A stretch of 64,000 bases of DNA from an uncultured Actinoplanes sp. (GTDB lineage: Bacteria; Actinomycetota; Actinomycetes; Mycobacteriales; Micromonosporaceae), in the NCBI GenBank assembly GCA_934643405.1, contig CAKUCL010000006.1, forward strand, positions 2,714-66,713, given 5' to 3'. How positions within the stretch are numbered: the stretch's first letter is position 1; the number at the start of each line of letters is the position of its first letter. Under the pieces are notes generated by a model. The model did no database searches. It saw only the letters and a program-made list of their open reading frames with translations, and was not told the origin of the DNA. A program made the position numbers and the translations under genes. Below, in pieces: positions 1-9,269 of the stretch.

Positions 1-29
1 GGCCCCGGCGAAAAGGCAACGGCGAACCG

Positions 30-788
30 ATGAGCGGCACCTTCGCGCCGGCTCCTGGCCGAGCACCGATGCGGTCGGTGCTGCGCAGCCAGGTCCGGAT
101 GGAACTGACCTTGACGGCCCGCCGTGGCGAGGCCGTCGTGCTCGCGATGGGCGTCCCGTTGCTCGTCCTGCTGGGCGCCGGTCTGACCCACGCGACCAAC
201 GTGCCCGGCGGCGACCGGCTGGCGTTCGTCGTGCCGGGCGTCCTGGCGCTGACCGTGATGTCGACGGCGTTCACCGGGCAGGCGATCACCACCGGTTACG
301 AGCGCAGCTACGGGGTGCTCAAGCGTCTGGGTGCCTCGCCGCTGACCCGCCCCGGCCTGCTGTTCGCCAAGATCGCCGCGGTGCTGGCGTTGATCGTCGT
401 CCAGCTGGTGGTGCTGGCCGCGGTGGGTGTGGCCGTCGGCTGGCGGCCGCACGCGGGCCAGTTGCTGCCGGCCGCCGGGGTGACCGTGCTGGCCGCCGCG
501 GCGTACAGCGGGCTGGCGTTGCTGCTGGCCAGCGTGTTACGACCGGAGACGACGACCGCGGCCGCGACGTTCATCTACGTGCTGATGCTCGCCGCCGGCG
601 GGATCATGTTCGCCGCTCCCGACCTGGGCACGGCGGGGTGGTTCATCCTGCCGCTGGCGGCGCACGCCGAGGCGTTGCGGGCGACGCTTTCGCACGACGC
701 CCCGATCCCCGGCGCGATCTGGTTGAGCCTGGGCGCGTGGGCCGTGGTCTTCGTGACCGCGGCAGCGCGCAAGTTCCGCTGGGAGTGA
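30..788 (+). CDS. ABC-2 type transporter permease
   Basis: 252-aa ORF, multi-helix hydrophobic protein with high GC3. The ATG at 30 overlaps a TGA (31-33) that closes a truncated upstream ORF (ATGA coupling), as expected for an ATPase-permease pair. Confidence 0.7.
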   Translation: MSGTFAPAPGRAPMRSVLRSQVRMELTLTARRGEAVVLAMGVPLLVLLGAGLTHATNVPGGDRLAFVVPGVLALTVMSTAFTGQAITTGYERSYGVLKRLGASPLTRPGLLFAKIAAVLALIVVQLVVLAAVGVAVGWRPHAGQLLPAAGVTVLAAAAYSGLALLLASVLRPETTTAAATFIYVLMLAAGGIMFAAPDLGTAGWFILPLAAHAEALRATLSHDAPIPGAIWLSLGAWAVVFVTAAARKFRWE

Positions 789-801
789 CCGGCGCCGGTC
801 T

Positions 802-1419
802 TCAGAGCAGACCGTTCTCCATCGCTGTCGTCACCGCCGCCGTGCGGTCGGTGACGTCCAGCTTGGTGAAGATGCGCAGGAGATGCGTCTTCACGGTCGC
901 CTCGGAGATGAACAGCTCCCGGCCGATCTCGGCGTTCGTCAGGCCCCTCGCCACCAGGCGCAGCACCTCCGACTCGCGCGCCGACAACGCCGGCAGGGCG
1001 GGCATCCGCACCTGCCGGACCAGGGTGGACGCCACGCTCGGGGCGAGCACCGTCTCCCCGCGAGCCGCCGCCCGGACCGCCCCGGCCAGCTCGCCCGGGG
1101 ACGCGTCCTTGAGCAGGTAACCCGAAGCGCCCGCCTCGATCGCCCGGAGGATGTCGCGGTCGGCCTCGTAGGTGGTGAGGACCACGACGCGGACGCCGGG
1201 AACCTTGGAGAGCAGCGACTCGGTCGCGGAGACACCGTCGCCGCCGGGCATGCGCAGGTCCATCAGGACGATGTCGGGGCGTTCCGCCCGGGCCAGCTCG
1301 ACGCCGGACGGGCCGGACGACGCCTCGCCCACCACGGTGAGGTCGGGCTCGGCGTCGAGCATGCCGCGCAGCCCGTGCCGGACCACCGGGTGGTCGTCCA
1401 CCAGCAGGATCCGGATCAT
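802..1419 (-). CDS. NarL/LuxR-family two-component response regulator
   Basis: Receiver domain ([10 protein letters not shown]...VLMDLRMP) plus C-terminal LuxR HTH ([35 protein letters not shown]). The start overlaps the kinase stop (ATGA). Confidence 0.9.
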   Translation of the reverse strand: MIRILLVDDHPVVRHGLRGMLDAEPDLTVVGEASSGPSGVELARAERPDIVLMDLRMPGGDGVSATESLLSKVPGVRVVVLTTYEADRDILRAIEAGASGYLLKDASPGELAGAVRAAARGETVLAPSVASTLVRQVRMPALPALSARESEVLRLVARGLTNAEIGRELFISEATVKTHLLRIFTKLDVTDRTAAVTTAMENGLL

Positions 1420-2546
1420 GCCGGCACCTCCAGTTCGATCGTCGTGCCCATGTCGGCGTGGGACCGTACGGTCAGGACGCCGTTGACCTGCTCCGCCCGT
1501 GCCCGCATGCCGCTGAGCCCGTAGCCGTCGGACGAACCGGCCGGGAAACCGCAGCCGTCGTCGCGGACGACCAGGCGGACGTTCGCCGGGGTGTAGGCGA
1601 TGAGCACCGCCGCCTCCCGCGCGCGGGCGTGCCGCCGCACGTTGGTCAGCGCCTCCTGCGCCGCGCGCAGCACCACGACCTCGACCGGCGTGGGGAGGTT
1701 CCGCTCGTCGCCGGACACGCGGAAGGTGGCGGGCGTGCCGGTCTCCTCGGTGAACCGGGCGGCCTGACGGCGTACGGAGTCGGGAAGTGAGCCCGAGGCC
1801 AGCGCCGAGGGTGAGAGAGCCGCGACGAGTGCCCGGGCCTCCGCGAGGTTCTCCTTCGCGGTACGGACGGCGAGCGCGAGCCGTTCGTCCCGCAGCTCGG
1901 GGTCGGCCGCCTGGAGCAGCGTGATGATGCTGGTGAAGCCCTGGGCGAGGGTGTCATGGATCTCGCCGGCGAGGCGGGCCCGCTCGGCCGCCGCCGACAG
2001 CCGCGCCACCTGGGCGCGGCTCGACTCCAGCTCGTCGATGAGTTGCGCGCGTTCCTCGCTCTGGGTGAGCACCCGCATGATCCAGAACCCGAGCCAGATG
2101 CCGGCGGACGCCGAGATCACCGCGATGACCAGTTGCACGCGGACCGCCGCGAGGCCGTCGGGGGCGGCCGCCACCACCGGAACCAGGTTGATCACGACGA
2201 CCATCACCATGGCGGTGCGCAATCGCACCATCTGGAAGCACAGCGGCGTGAGGGCGAACAGCAGCCAGGTGCTGAACGGGTCGGCCAGCACGGCGACGGC
2301 GAACAGGACGACCTGGCCGGTCAGCACGATCAGCGACGCGGTGCCGTCGAGGTTGCGCGCGATCAGGCGGCGGCCGGCGGCGAGGTGCAGGAGGACCATG
2401 ATCCCGATCGCGCCGGCGGCCAGACCACGTCGCCAGGGCGCCGGCTCGGTGGCCAGAAGCGTCGCGGCCGCCAGCGCGACCGCGACCACCCCGAAATACG
2501 CGTCCCACCACCAGTTCGGCCCGCTCAGCGATCGCGGTCGGACCAT
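1416..2546 (-). CDS. Sensor histidine kinase (HisKA_3 / NarX-DesK type)
   Basis: H-box [10 protein letters not shown], ATPase boxes ([17 protein letters not shown]) and an N-terminal multi-TM region. The ORF-track extension to 2906 runs through the upstream permease gene, so I trimmed the start to ATG 2546 ([14 protein letters not shown]). Confidence 0.8.
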   Translation of the reverse strand: MVRPRSLSGPNWWWDAYFGVVAVALAAATLLATEPAPWRRGLAAGAIGIMVLLHLAAGRRLIARNLDGTASLIVLTGQVVLFAVAVLADPFSTWLLFALTPLCFQMVRLRTAMVMVVVINLVPVVAAAPDGLAAVRVQLVIAVISASAGIWLGFWIMRVLTQSEERAQLIDELESSRAQVARLSAAAERARLAGEIHDTLAQGFTSIITLLQAADPELRDERLALAVRTAKENLAEARALVAALSPSALASGSLPDSVRRQAARFTEETGTPATFRVSGDERNLPTPVEVVVLRAAQEALTNVRRHARAREAAVLIAYTPANVRLVVRDDGCGFPAGSSDGYGLSGMRARAEQVNGVLTVRSHADMGTTIELEVPA

Positions 2547-3334
2547 CGGAACGTCACCAGGCACAGCACCAATCCGATCACAGACCAGGCGCCGAGCACC
2601 AAGGCCGTACGTCCGAGCTCCCATTGGCCGGCCACCTCGAAGCCTCTCATCGAGTCGGGCAGGAACACGTACCGGAAGCCCTGCGCCATCCACTTCACCG
2701 GGAAGACCGACGCCACCGTGGTCAGCCACGCGGGCAGCTGGTTCGGCGGGTAGATGAACACGCCCGAGATGAACTGCAGCGCCACCACCGGCACGTTCAG
2801 GATCGCGCCGGCCGTGCGGGCGTGCCGCACCAGCGCGCTCACCGCGATGCCGAGCAGCGAACACGCCGCCACCGACAGCACGAACAGCCAGAGGAACGTC
2901 AGCCAACGACCCGCGCCCGGCAGCGACATGCCGAAGACGACCACACCCACGCCCACCAGGACGACGACCTCGGCCACGCTCAGCATCAGGACCAGGATCA
3001 ACTTCCCGGTCACGTACGCCGTCGAAGTGATCGGTGTGCCGTGCAACCGTTTGAGCGTGCCGTCCTCCCGGTCCATCGCCAGACCCGAGCCCATCGTGAC
3101 GAAGGCCGTGGAGAGGATCCCGTACGCGATCATGCTGGCTGAGAAGACGTGGCTGGCGCTCACCCCCGGCTGGTTGTAGTCGTCCTTGAAGATCGTGCCG
3201 AAGAGCAGCAACAGCATGGCCGGGAACGCGAACGTGAACACCACGGCCGTGCGGTCACGCAGGAACTGCAGCATCTCGACCCGGCCGCGGCTCATCCCGC
3301 TCGCGAGGGTGCTGGGCAGAACGGCGGCGCTCAT
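2525..3334 (-). CDS. ABC-2 type transporter permease
   Basis: 269-aa polytopic membrane ORF directly downstream of the ATPase, with a 4-nt overlap. Confidence 0.8.
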   Translation of the reverse strand: MSAAVLPSTLASGMSRGRVEMLQFLRDRTAVVFTFAFPAMLLLLFGTIFKDDYNQPGVSASHVFSASMIAYGILSTAFVTMGSGLAMDREDGTLKRLHGTPITSTAYVTGKLILVLMLSVAEVVVLVGVGVVVFGMSLPGAGRWLTFLWLFVLSVAACSLLGIAVSALVRHARTAGAILNVPVVALQFISGVFIYPPNQLPAWLTTVASVFPVKWMAQGFRYVFLPDSMRGFEVAGQWELGRTALVLGAWSVIGLVLCLVTFRWSDRDR

Positions 3335-4167
3335 CGGTTCGCCCCGATCAGGCCGAGGTAGGTGTCCTCGAGGGTGGGGCGGGTGACGGTCAGCGTCGAC
3401 AGGTCGGCGTCCTCGGCGACCAGCTTGCGGATCAGCTCGGTGGGGTCGGCGACCCGTTCGGTACGGCGTAGCCCGTCCTGCCCCCAGCTCACCGTGGCCC
3501 CCGCTTGGCCGCGCCCGCCCAGCGTGGCCGGCGTCCCCTCGGCCAGGATGCGGCCCGCCGCGATCACCGCGAGCCGGTCGGCCAGGGCTTCGGCCTCGTC
3601 CAGGTAGTGCGTGGTCAGCAGGATCGTGGTGCCCTCGGCGGCCAGGGCCCGGATCAGGTCCCAGAAGAGCCGGCGCGCCTCCGGGTCGAACCCGGTGGTC
3701 GGCTCGTCGAGGAAGAGCAGCTCCGGCCGGCCGACGATGCCCAGCGCGACGTCGACCCCGCGGCGCTGGCCCCCGGACAGCTGCCGGATGCGGCTGTGGC
3801 GCTTCCCGGTGAGCCCGACCAGCTCGATGACCTCGTCGGTGGGGCGCGGATCCGGATACAGCCCGCCGATGTGCCGGACCATCTCGGCGACGGTGAGCTC
3901 GGCGGCGTCGTCCGTGTCCTGCAGGACGATGCCGATCCGGGCCCGCCAGGCGCGCCCGGCGGTACCCGGATCCGCACCGAGCACACTGACGTCGCCCCCG
4001 TCGCGACGCCGGTGCCCTTCCAGGATCTCGGTGGTCGTGGTCTTGCCCGCACCGTTCGGCCCGAGCAGCGCGAAGACCTCCCCGCGCGAGATCGACAGGT
4101 CGATGCCCCGGACAGCGTCATGTCCCCGATACGTCTTGCGGAGCCCCTTGACCTCGATCGCTGTCAT
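3331..4167 (-). CDS. ABC transporter ATP-binding protein
   Basis: Walker A GPNGAGKTT, signature LSGGQRR, Walker B LLFLDEPT. Start placed at the internal ATG (MTAIEVKGLRKTY); the ORF track starts at 4221. Confidence 0.9.
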   Translation of the reverse strand: MTAIEVKGLRKTYRGHDAVRGIDLSISRGEVFALLGPNGAGKTTTTEILEGHRRRDGGDVSVLGADPGTAGRAWRARIGIVLQDTDDAAELTVAEMVRHIGGLYPDPRPTDEVIELVGLTGKRHSRIRQLSGGQRRGVDVALGIVGRPELLFLDEPTTGFDPEARRLFWDLIRALAAEGTTILLTTHYLDEAEALADRLAVIAAGRILAEGTPATLGGRGQAGATVSWGQDGLRRTERVADPTELIRKLVAEDADLSTLTVTRPTLEDTYLGLIGANR

Positions 4168-4397
4168 GCGTCGATGGTGTCGCGAAAGCCCCGTCCCGCG
4201 GGACGACTGCACGGCCGTCATCCGCTGTCAACCGTTCGGTGGACAGACCCCCGCGACGGCCGCGCCGGTTCCGCGCCGCCGGGAACCTCGTCGCCTGCCG
4301 CGGTGTCGGGCTCACAGGGAGTGCGAAGGGTCCGCACAGGTCAGGGTTAGGCGGGTGTCGCACGATTCGTTGAGGGCTCAACGAAAGGAGGCGGCTG

Positions 4398-4652
4398 ATG
4401 GAGCGGGACATCGGGTTGCGGCGTACGGCGTTGCTCACCGGGGCGCTGGTGGCGGCCGGCGTGGCGGGGACGGTGGCGGCGGCGGTCGCGGCGCACGCGG
4501 CCGACTCGGCGGACGCCCCGGCGGTGCCGGCGCCCGCCGGTAGCGACAGCGGCGGCGACACGTCGGGTGGCGCGTCCGGCACCACGGATCAACTGCCCGG
4601 GCTGTCGAGCGCGGATGACGGTGGCGGGCAAGCGACGTCGGGAGGCTCGTGA
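4398..4652 (+). CDS. Small secreted Gly/Ser/Asp-rich protein with a C-terminal flavinylation-like motif
   Basis: Strong RBS (AAAGGAGG) 6-7 nt upstream of the ATG. Signal peptide with RR (GLRRTALLTGALVAAG...AAHA). The mature part is about 50 aa, looks disordered, and ends in QATSGGS. The stop lies 1 nt before the apbE ATG. Confidence 0.55.
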   Translation: MERDIGLRRTALLTGALVAAGVAGTVAAAVAAHAADSADAPAVPAPAGSDSGGDTSGGASGTTDQLPGLSSADDGGGQATSGGS

Positions 4653-4653
4653 G

Positions 4654-5553
4654 ATGCCGCTCGTCGAGACGCTGCCGATCACCGCGGACACAGCACAGTG
4701 GACGGTCTGGGGCACGACGGCCCGGATCGTGGTCACCGATCCGGGCCGGCTGGCCGAGGCGGTGGCGCTGGTGCGCGGCGAGCTGGCCGCGGTGGACGCG
4801 GCGTGCAGCCGTTTCCGCGCCGATTCGGAGCTCAGGAAAGCCGGCCGCGCGCGGGGCCGCCCGGTCCGGGTCAGCCCGCTGCTGGCCACACTGGTGGAGG
4901 TGGCGTTGAAGGCCGCGGCGGAGACCGGCGGCGATGTCGACCCCACGGTGGGCGCCATCATGTGCGACCTGGGATACGACCGGGATTACCGGGAGATCGC
5001 GGGCGCGGGATCCGATGTTCGCCTCTACCCTGCGCCCGACTGGCGAGCCGTCACGCTCGACGGGCGGCTGTTGACCGTCCCCGGCGGTGTCCTGCTCGAC
5101 CTCGGCGCGACGGCCAAAGCCCTGACCGCGGACCGCGCGGCCGGCCGCATCGCCGACCGGCTGGGCATCGGCGCCCTCGTGGCGCTGGGCGGCGACATAG
5201 CCACCGCCGGCCCCGGCCCGGCCGGCGGCTGGCGCGTCCGGGTCCAGGACCGGCCGGGCGACCCCCACTGCACCGTCGCGCTCCCGGCCGGCGCGGCGCT
5301 GGCGACCTCCAGCACCGCCTCCCGCACCTGGGGCGCGAACCTGCACCACATCGTCGACCCCCGCACCGGCAACCCGGCCCGAGCCGTCTGGCGCACCGTC
5401 TCGGTGGCCGCCTGCAGCTGCGTCCGGGCCAACACCCTCAGCACCGCCGCCATAGTTCGCGGCCACCGGGCCGTGGATCTGCTCCGCAACACCCCGAGCC
5501 GCCTGGTCACCCCGGCCCTCGACGTCCTGCGGCTGGGCGGGTGGCCGGCATGA
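4654..5553 (+). CDS. apbE: FAD:protein FMN transferase (ApbE family)
   Basis: Full-length ApbE-like sequence (e.g. ALVALGGDIATAG, HHIVDPRTG). The ATG at 4654 is in frame inside the longer track ORF 4567..5553. Confidence 0.85.
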   Translation: MPLVETLPITADTAQWTVWGTTARIVVTDPGRLAEAVALVRGELAAVDAACSRFRADSELRKAGRARGRPVRVSPLLATLVEVALKAAAETGGDVDPTVGAIMCDLGYDRDYREIAGAGSDVRLYPAPDWRAVTLDGRLLTVPGGVLLDLGATAKALTADRAAGRIADRLGIGALVALGGDIATAGPGPAGGWRVRVQDRPGDPHCTVALPAGAALATSSTASRTWGANLHHIVDPRTGNPARAVWRTVSVAACSCVRANTLSTAAIVRGHRAVDLLRNTPSRLVTPALDVLRLGGWPA

Positions 5554-6122
5554 CCGACGCCCTCTGGTACTTCGGCCGCGGCAGCGGGCTCGTCTCCCTG
5601 GTCCTGCTCACCGCCGTGGTCATCCTCGGCATCGCCGCGCGATCGGGCCGCACGCCGTTCGGGCTTCCCCGCTTCGCGGTCAACCTGCTGCACCGCAACG
5701 CGGCGCTGACCGCGGTCGTCTTCCTGGCCGGGCACGTGCTCAGCCTGCTCTTCGACCCCTACGCCCAGCTGCGCGTCTTCGACCTGGTGCTGCCGTTCGC
5801 CGGCAACTACCGCCCGTTCTGGCAGGGCCTGGGCACGCTGGCCGTCGACCTGGTCGCCGCGATCGTGATCACCAGCCTGCTGCGGCACCGGATCGGCGCG
5901 CGGGCCTGGCGGCTCGTCCACCGGCTCGCCTATCTCTGCTGGCCGGTCGCGCTGCTGCACGGCCTCGGCACCGGCACCGACACCGGCACCTGGTGGCTCC
6001 GGACCGTCACCCTGCTCTGCGCCGTCACCGTGTGCGCCGCCGTCGCCTGGCGCCTCGCTCCGGGCTTCACCCGCAACCGGCGACGGCACGTGGCGCCCCG
6101 ACTGCTCGAGGAGGTCCGATGA
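5550..6122 (+). CDS. Ferric-reductase-like / MsrQ-like transmembrane di-heme-type protein
   Basis: 190-aa protein starting MTDALWYFGRGSGLVSLVLL. It has about 5-6 TM helices with conserved His in helices (HRNAALTAVVFLAGHV; HRLAYLCWPVALLHG). ATGA overlaps with both neighbours. Confidence 0.7.
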   Translation: MTDALWYFGRGSGLVSLVLLTAVVILGIAARSGRTPFGLPRFAVNLLHRNAALTAVVFLAGHVLSLLFDPYAQLRVFDLVLPFAGNYRPFWQGLGTLAVDLVAAIVITSLLRHRIGARAWRLVHRLAYLCWPVALLHGLGTGTDTGTWWLRTVTLLCAVTVCAAVAWRLAPGFTRNRRRHVAPRLLEEVR

Positions 6123-7273
6123 CCGGCGTCACGGGGACCGGCACGCGGCACCGCCTGCTGGACGGCGCCGACCGGGAGATGCCCGATCTCGGCCGGGACC
6201 AGATCATCGGCCTGGCCCGCGATGCCGGCCTCACCGGCCGCGGCGGCGCCGGCTTCCCGATGTGGCGCAAACTGGCGGCCGTCGTGGTGAGCGGCCGCCC
6301 GGCCGTCGTCATCGCCAACGGCGCCGAGGGTGAGCCGGCCAGCGCCAAGGACCGCACCCTCATGGCGCGCCAGCCCCACCTCGTCCTCGACGGGCTCCAG
6401 CTGGTTGCCCGCGCCTGCGGTGCGAGCGTCTCCCACGTGTACGGGACAAGGCCCGCGCTCGCCTCGATGGCCGAAGCGCTGACGCTCCGCCACGACGCGA
6501 TCCCGGTCCGCCTCGCGCCCGCCCCCGACGCGTTCGTGGCGGGGGAGGAGTCGGCCGCGGCGTCCGCCGTGGCGGGCCGGGGTGCGATCCCCCGGGACAA
6601 GCTGGTCCGGGTCACCGCCACCGGAACGCTGGTGCAGAACGTCGAGACGCTGGCCCACCTGGCGATGATCGCCCGCCACGGCGCCGACTGGTTCCGCCGG
6701 CGCGGCACCAGCGACGAGCCGGGAACGTTTTTGGCGACCATCGGCGGCTCGGTGGCCGCGCCCGGCGTCGTCGAGGCCGGCTACGGCGTGCCCCTGGGTG
6801 ACCTGATCGCCGCCGCCGGCGGCCCGGCGTCGCCGCTGTCCGCGGTGCTGATCGGCGGCTACCACGGCGGCTGGGTGCCCGCCGACCCGTCGCTTCCGGT
6901 CAGCCGTGCGGGTCTCGCGCCGTTCGGGGCCACGCCCGGCGCCGGCGTCGTGGTCGCGTTGCCCGCGCACGTCTGCGGTCTGCGCGAGACGGCCCGGATC
7001 GCGAACTACCTGGCGGGCGAGGTGACCGGCCAATGTGGACCATGCCGCAACGGCCTGCCGCGACTGGCCGGGACGCTCACCGACCTGGCAGATCACCGGA
7101 TCCGGCCCGGACTGACCGCCGAGGTGGAACGGCTGGCCGCGCTGGTGACCGGTCGCGGCGCCTGCCGGCATCCGGACGGCACCGCGCGGCTGATCGCGAG
7201 CGCGATGCGCACGTTCGCGGCCGACGTGACCGCCCACCTGAGCGGCCGATGCCTCACGGAGGTGGCGCGATGA
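6118..7273 (+). CDS. NuoF-like NADH-binding Fe-S flavoprotein
   Basis: GRGGAGFPMWRKL (NuoF-type nucleotide/FMN site) and a C-terminal Cys cluster (GQCGPCRNG ... GRGACRHPDG). Start at the ATGA overlap with the preceding gene. Confidence 0.8.
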
Positions 7274-7506
7274 CCGCCCGGCGGCTGCACGTCGACTGGA
7301 CCGCGTGCGACGGCCGGGGACTTTGCGCCGAGCTGCTGCCCGAGTTGCTCACCGCGGACGAGTGGGGCTTCCCGGTGTCGCGCGCCGACGGCGTACCGGA
7401 GGAACTGGAATCCGCCGCACGTCGCGCCGTGGACCGTTGCCCCGCGCTCGCCCTGCGCCTGGTGCCGCGGGGTTCCCCGGCGCCGGGGAACCCCGCGGCC
7501 CGGTGA
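7270..7506 (+). CDS. Small ferredoxin
   Basis: 78 aa with CDGRGLCAELLPE...DRCPALAL, the actinobacterial single-cluster ferredoxin pattern. ATGA overlap with the nuoF-like gene. Confidence 0.6.
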   Translation: MTARRLHVDWTACDGRGLCAELLPELLTADEWGFPVSRADGVPEELESAARRAVDRCPALALRLVPRGSPAPGNPAAR

Positions 7507-7507
7507 G

Positions 7508-8866
7508 TCAGCGCAGGCCCAACGCCCGCTTCATGGTGAAGAACAGGTCCGTCTGGTTGGTCACGCCGAGCACGTTGGCCGCCTGCGGGCCACCCGCCGC
7601 GATCCGCACCTCGGTGCCGGTGTGCTGCTGCGAACCGGTGATGTCCGAGGTGGCGAACGAGATGATCATGTTGGCGTTGTCCGCGGTGACCAGCGTGGCG
7701 GTGTAGCCCAGCGTGGTCCCCTCGACGATCTGGCTGGTGTGGCCGTGGTCGGCGGTGACGACGACCAGCGTGTCCGGGTGCGAGCGCTGGTAGTCGAGCA
7801 CCTTCTTGATCGCCGCGTCGAAGGCGACGGTCTCACCGATCTGGCCGCACGGGTTGGCCGCGTGGTCCTGCTTGTCGATCGAGGCGCCCTCGATCTGCAG
7901 GAAGAAGCCCTTCTTGCTGGTACGGGTCTGCTCGTCCAGCACGTCGAGAGCCTTGGTGGCCATGTCCGCCAGGTGCGGCTGGCTCGCCGAGCGGGCGGTG
8001 TTGACCGCGCACCTGGCCGGGGCCGTCCCGGTGCGGGCCGGGGCCGGGCCCACCCACTCCAGATCCATGTTGTTCTTGGCGAAGGCGCCCAGGATCGGCT
8101 GGTTCGGCTTGGCCGCGGCCAGCCCGGCCGCGTCGGTGACGATCTGGTAGCCGGCGACCTGCGCCTGCTGCGTCACGGTCAGGCCTTTGTACTTGCCGGC
8201 CTTCACGGTCTGGTCGAAGAACTGCTTGCCGCCGCCCAGCAGGACGTCCGGCCTGGTCTGCACGAGCTGCTCGGCGATCGAGCCGGCGCCGCCGTTGACC
8301 TTGTCGTTGACCGCGCAGGTGGCCATCGCGTCCGGGCCCTTGCAGTCGCGGCTGATCACGTGCGAGCCGAGCACGGCCGGGGTGGCGTCCTGCAGCTCCG
8401 CGGTGGTCACGTCGCCGGTCCGGTAACCGGCGGCCTGAGCCAGCTCGAGGATTGTCGGCACGGGCTTCTCGTCCGGCAGCACCGAGATCGCGCCGTTGTA
8501 GGTCTTGTGCCCGGTCGCCCAGCCGGTGCCGGACGCCGCCGAGTCGGTCACGTACTCCGGCTTCGACGGGTCGGCCTTCTGCACGGCGTAGGTCGTGTAC
8601 GCGCCGGTCAGCGGAAGCGTGTCCATGGCCAGCCGCCCGTTCGCGCCGACCTGGTAGTTGCGGGCGATGGTGATCTCGCTGTCGCCCATGCCGTCACCGA
8701 TGAGCAGGATGACGTTGCGGGCCTTGCCACCCTTGATCGCCTGCTTGGCGGCCTGGGTACGGTCCTGGTGCGCGTCGGCGGCCAGGGCGACCGAGGGCAC
8801 CGCGACCGCGGCGGCCGCGGCGATCGCCAGGGCGAGGCGCCCACGCCGGGAACGCAGAGCATTCAT
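7508..8866 (-). CDS. Alkaline phosphatase (PhoA family), secreted
   Basis: GDGMGDS metal site and TDSAASGT nucleophile motif. Signal peptide MNALRSRRGRLALAIAAAAAVAVPSVALA. The track ORF extends to 8911; I prefer the internal ATG. Confidence 0.9.
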   Translation of the reverse strand: MNALRSRRGRLALAIAAAAAVAVPSVALAADAHQDRTQAAKQAIKGGKARNVILLIGDGMGDSEITIARNYQVGANGRLAMDTLPLTGAYTTYAVQKADPSKPEYVTDSAASGTGWATGHKTYNGAISVLPDEKPVPTILELAQAAGYRTGDVTTAELQDATPAVLGSHVISRDCKGPDAMATCAVNDKVNGGAGSIAEQLVQTRPDVLLGGGKQFFDQTVKAGKYKGLTVTQQAQVAGYQIVTDAAGLAAAKPNQPILGAFAKNNMDLEWVGPAPARTGTAPARCAVNTARSASQPHLADMATKALDVLDEQTRTSKKGFFLQIEGASIDKQDHAANPCGQIGETVAFDAAIKKVLDYQRSHPDTLVVVTADHGHTSQIVEGTTLGYTATLVTADNANMIISFATSDITGSQQHTGTEVRIAAGGPQAANVLGVTNQTDLFFTMKRALGLR

Positions 8867-9269
8867 GAAGGCGTACTCCAATGTCCGAGGACGGGTCGTC
8901 AAGCACGCCATTAGCCCGAGAACAACAAACGATGGACACCGTTTGACGCATCGGCGAACTCTGCGACCCGATGTCCGTTTCGGCGGGCCGGAAGACTCCC
9001 TCCGGCCGGCGCCGGTGGCTAGCAGAAGCCGACGGGCGGCGGCGCAGAATCCGCGATCCCGATTCCTCAGGCTTTTGATCGCCTAGCTTCGAGAGGTTGC
9101 GCTCGGCATGCCTCCGGGGCCCTGGGGCCCGATTTACGCCCAATAAAGCGTTCCGCCGATAAAGGACCTATAAGCCGGTTAGATTACGGATGGCGCAGCC
9201 TCCTGCCGGATTCTTTCCGGTGTCTGCGCCGGTCCGCCGGCCCAGCCGGCGCTCCCGAGCCGCCCCCTG

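Noticed and set aside
1416-2906. Long N-terminal extensions of track ORFs (kinase to 2906; 20684-22129; 24269-26122; 25911-27020; 32671-34761; 45929-47092; 54866-56002; 57878-59131; 58777-59442)
   Set aside because: The extensions run through neighbouring genes or repeats, are Arg/Pro-rich, and lack family similarity. Internal starts with proper N-termini, and in one case an SD (20684-21625), fit much better.
9087-9265. Promoter hexamers for the riboswitch/Calx-beta transcript in the AT-richer stretch (TATAAG, TAGATT)
   Set aside because: Several -10-like hexamers are present, but none has a convincingly spaced -35. The TSS cannot be assigned without data.
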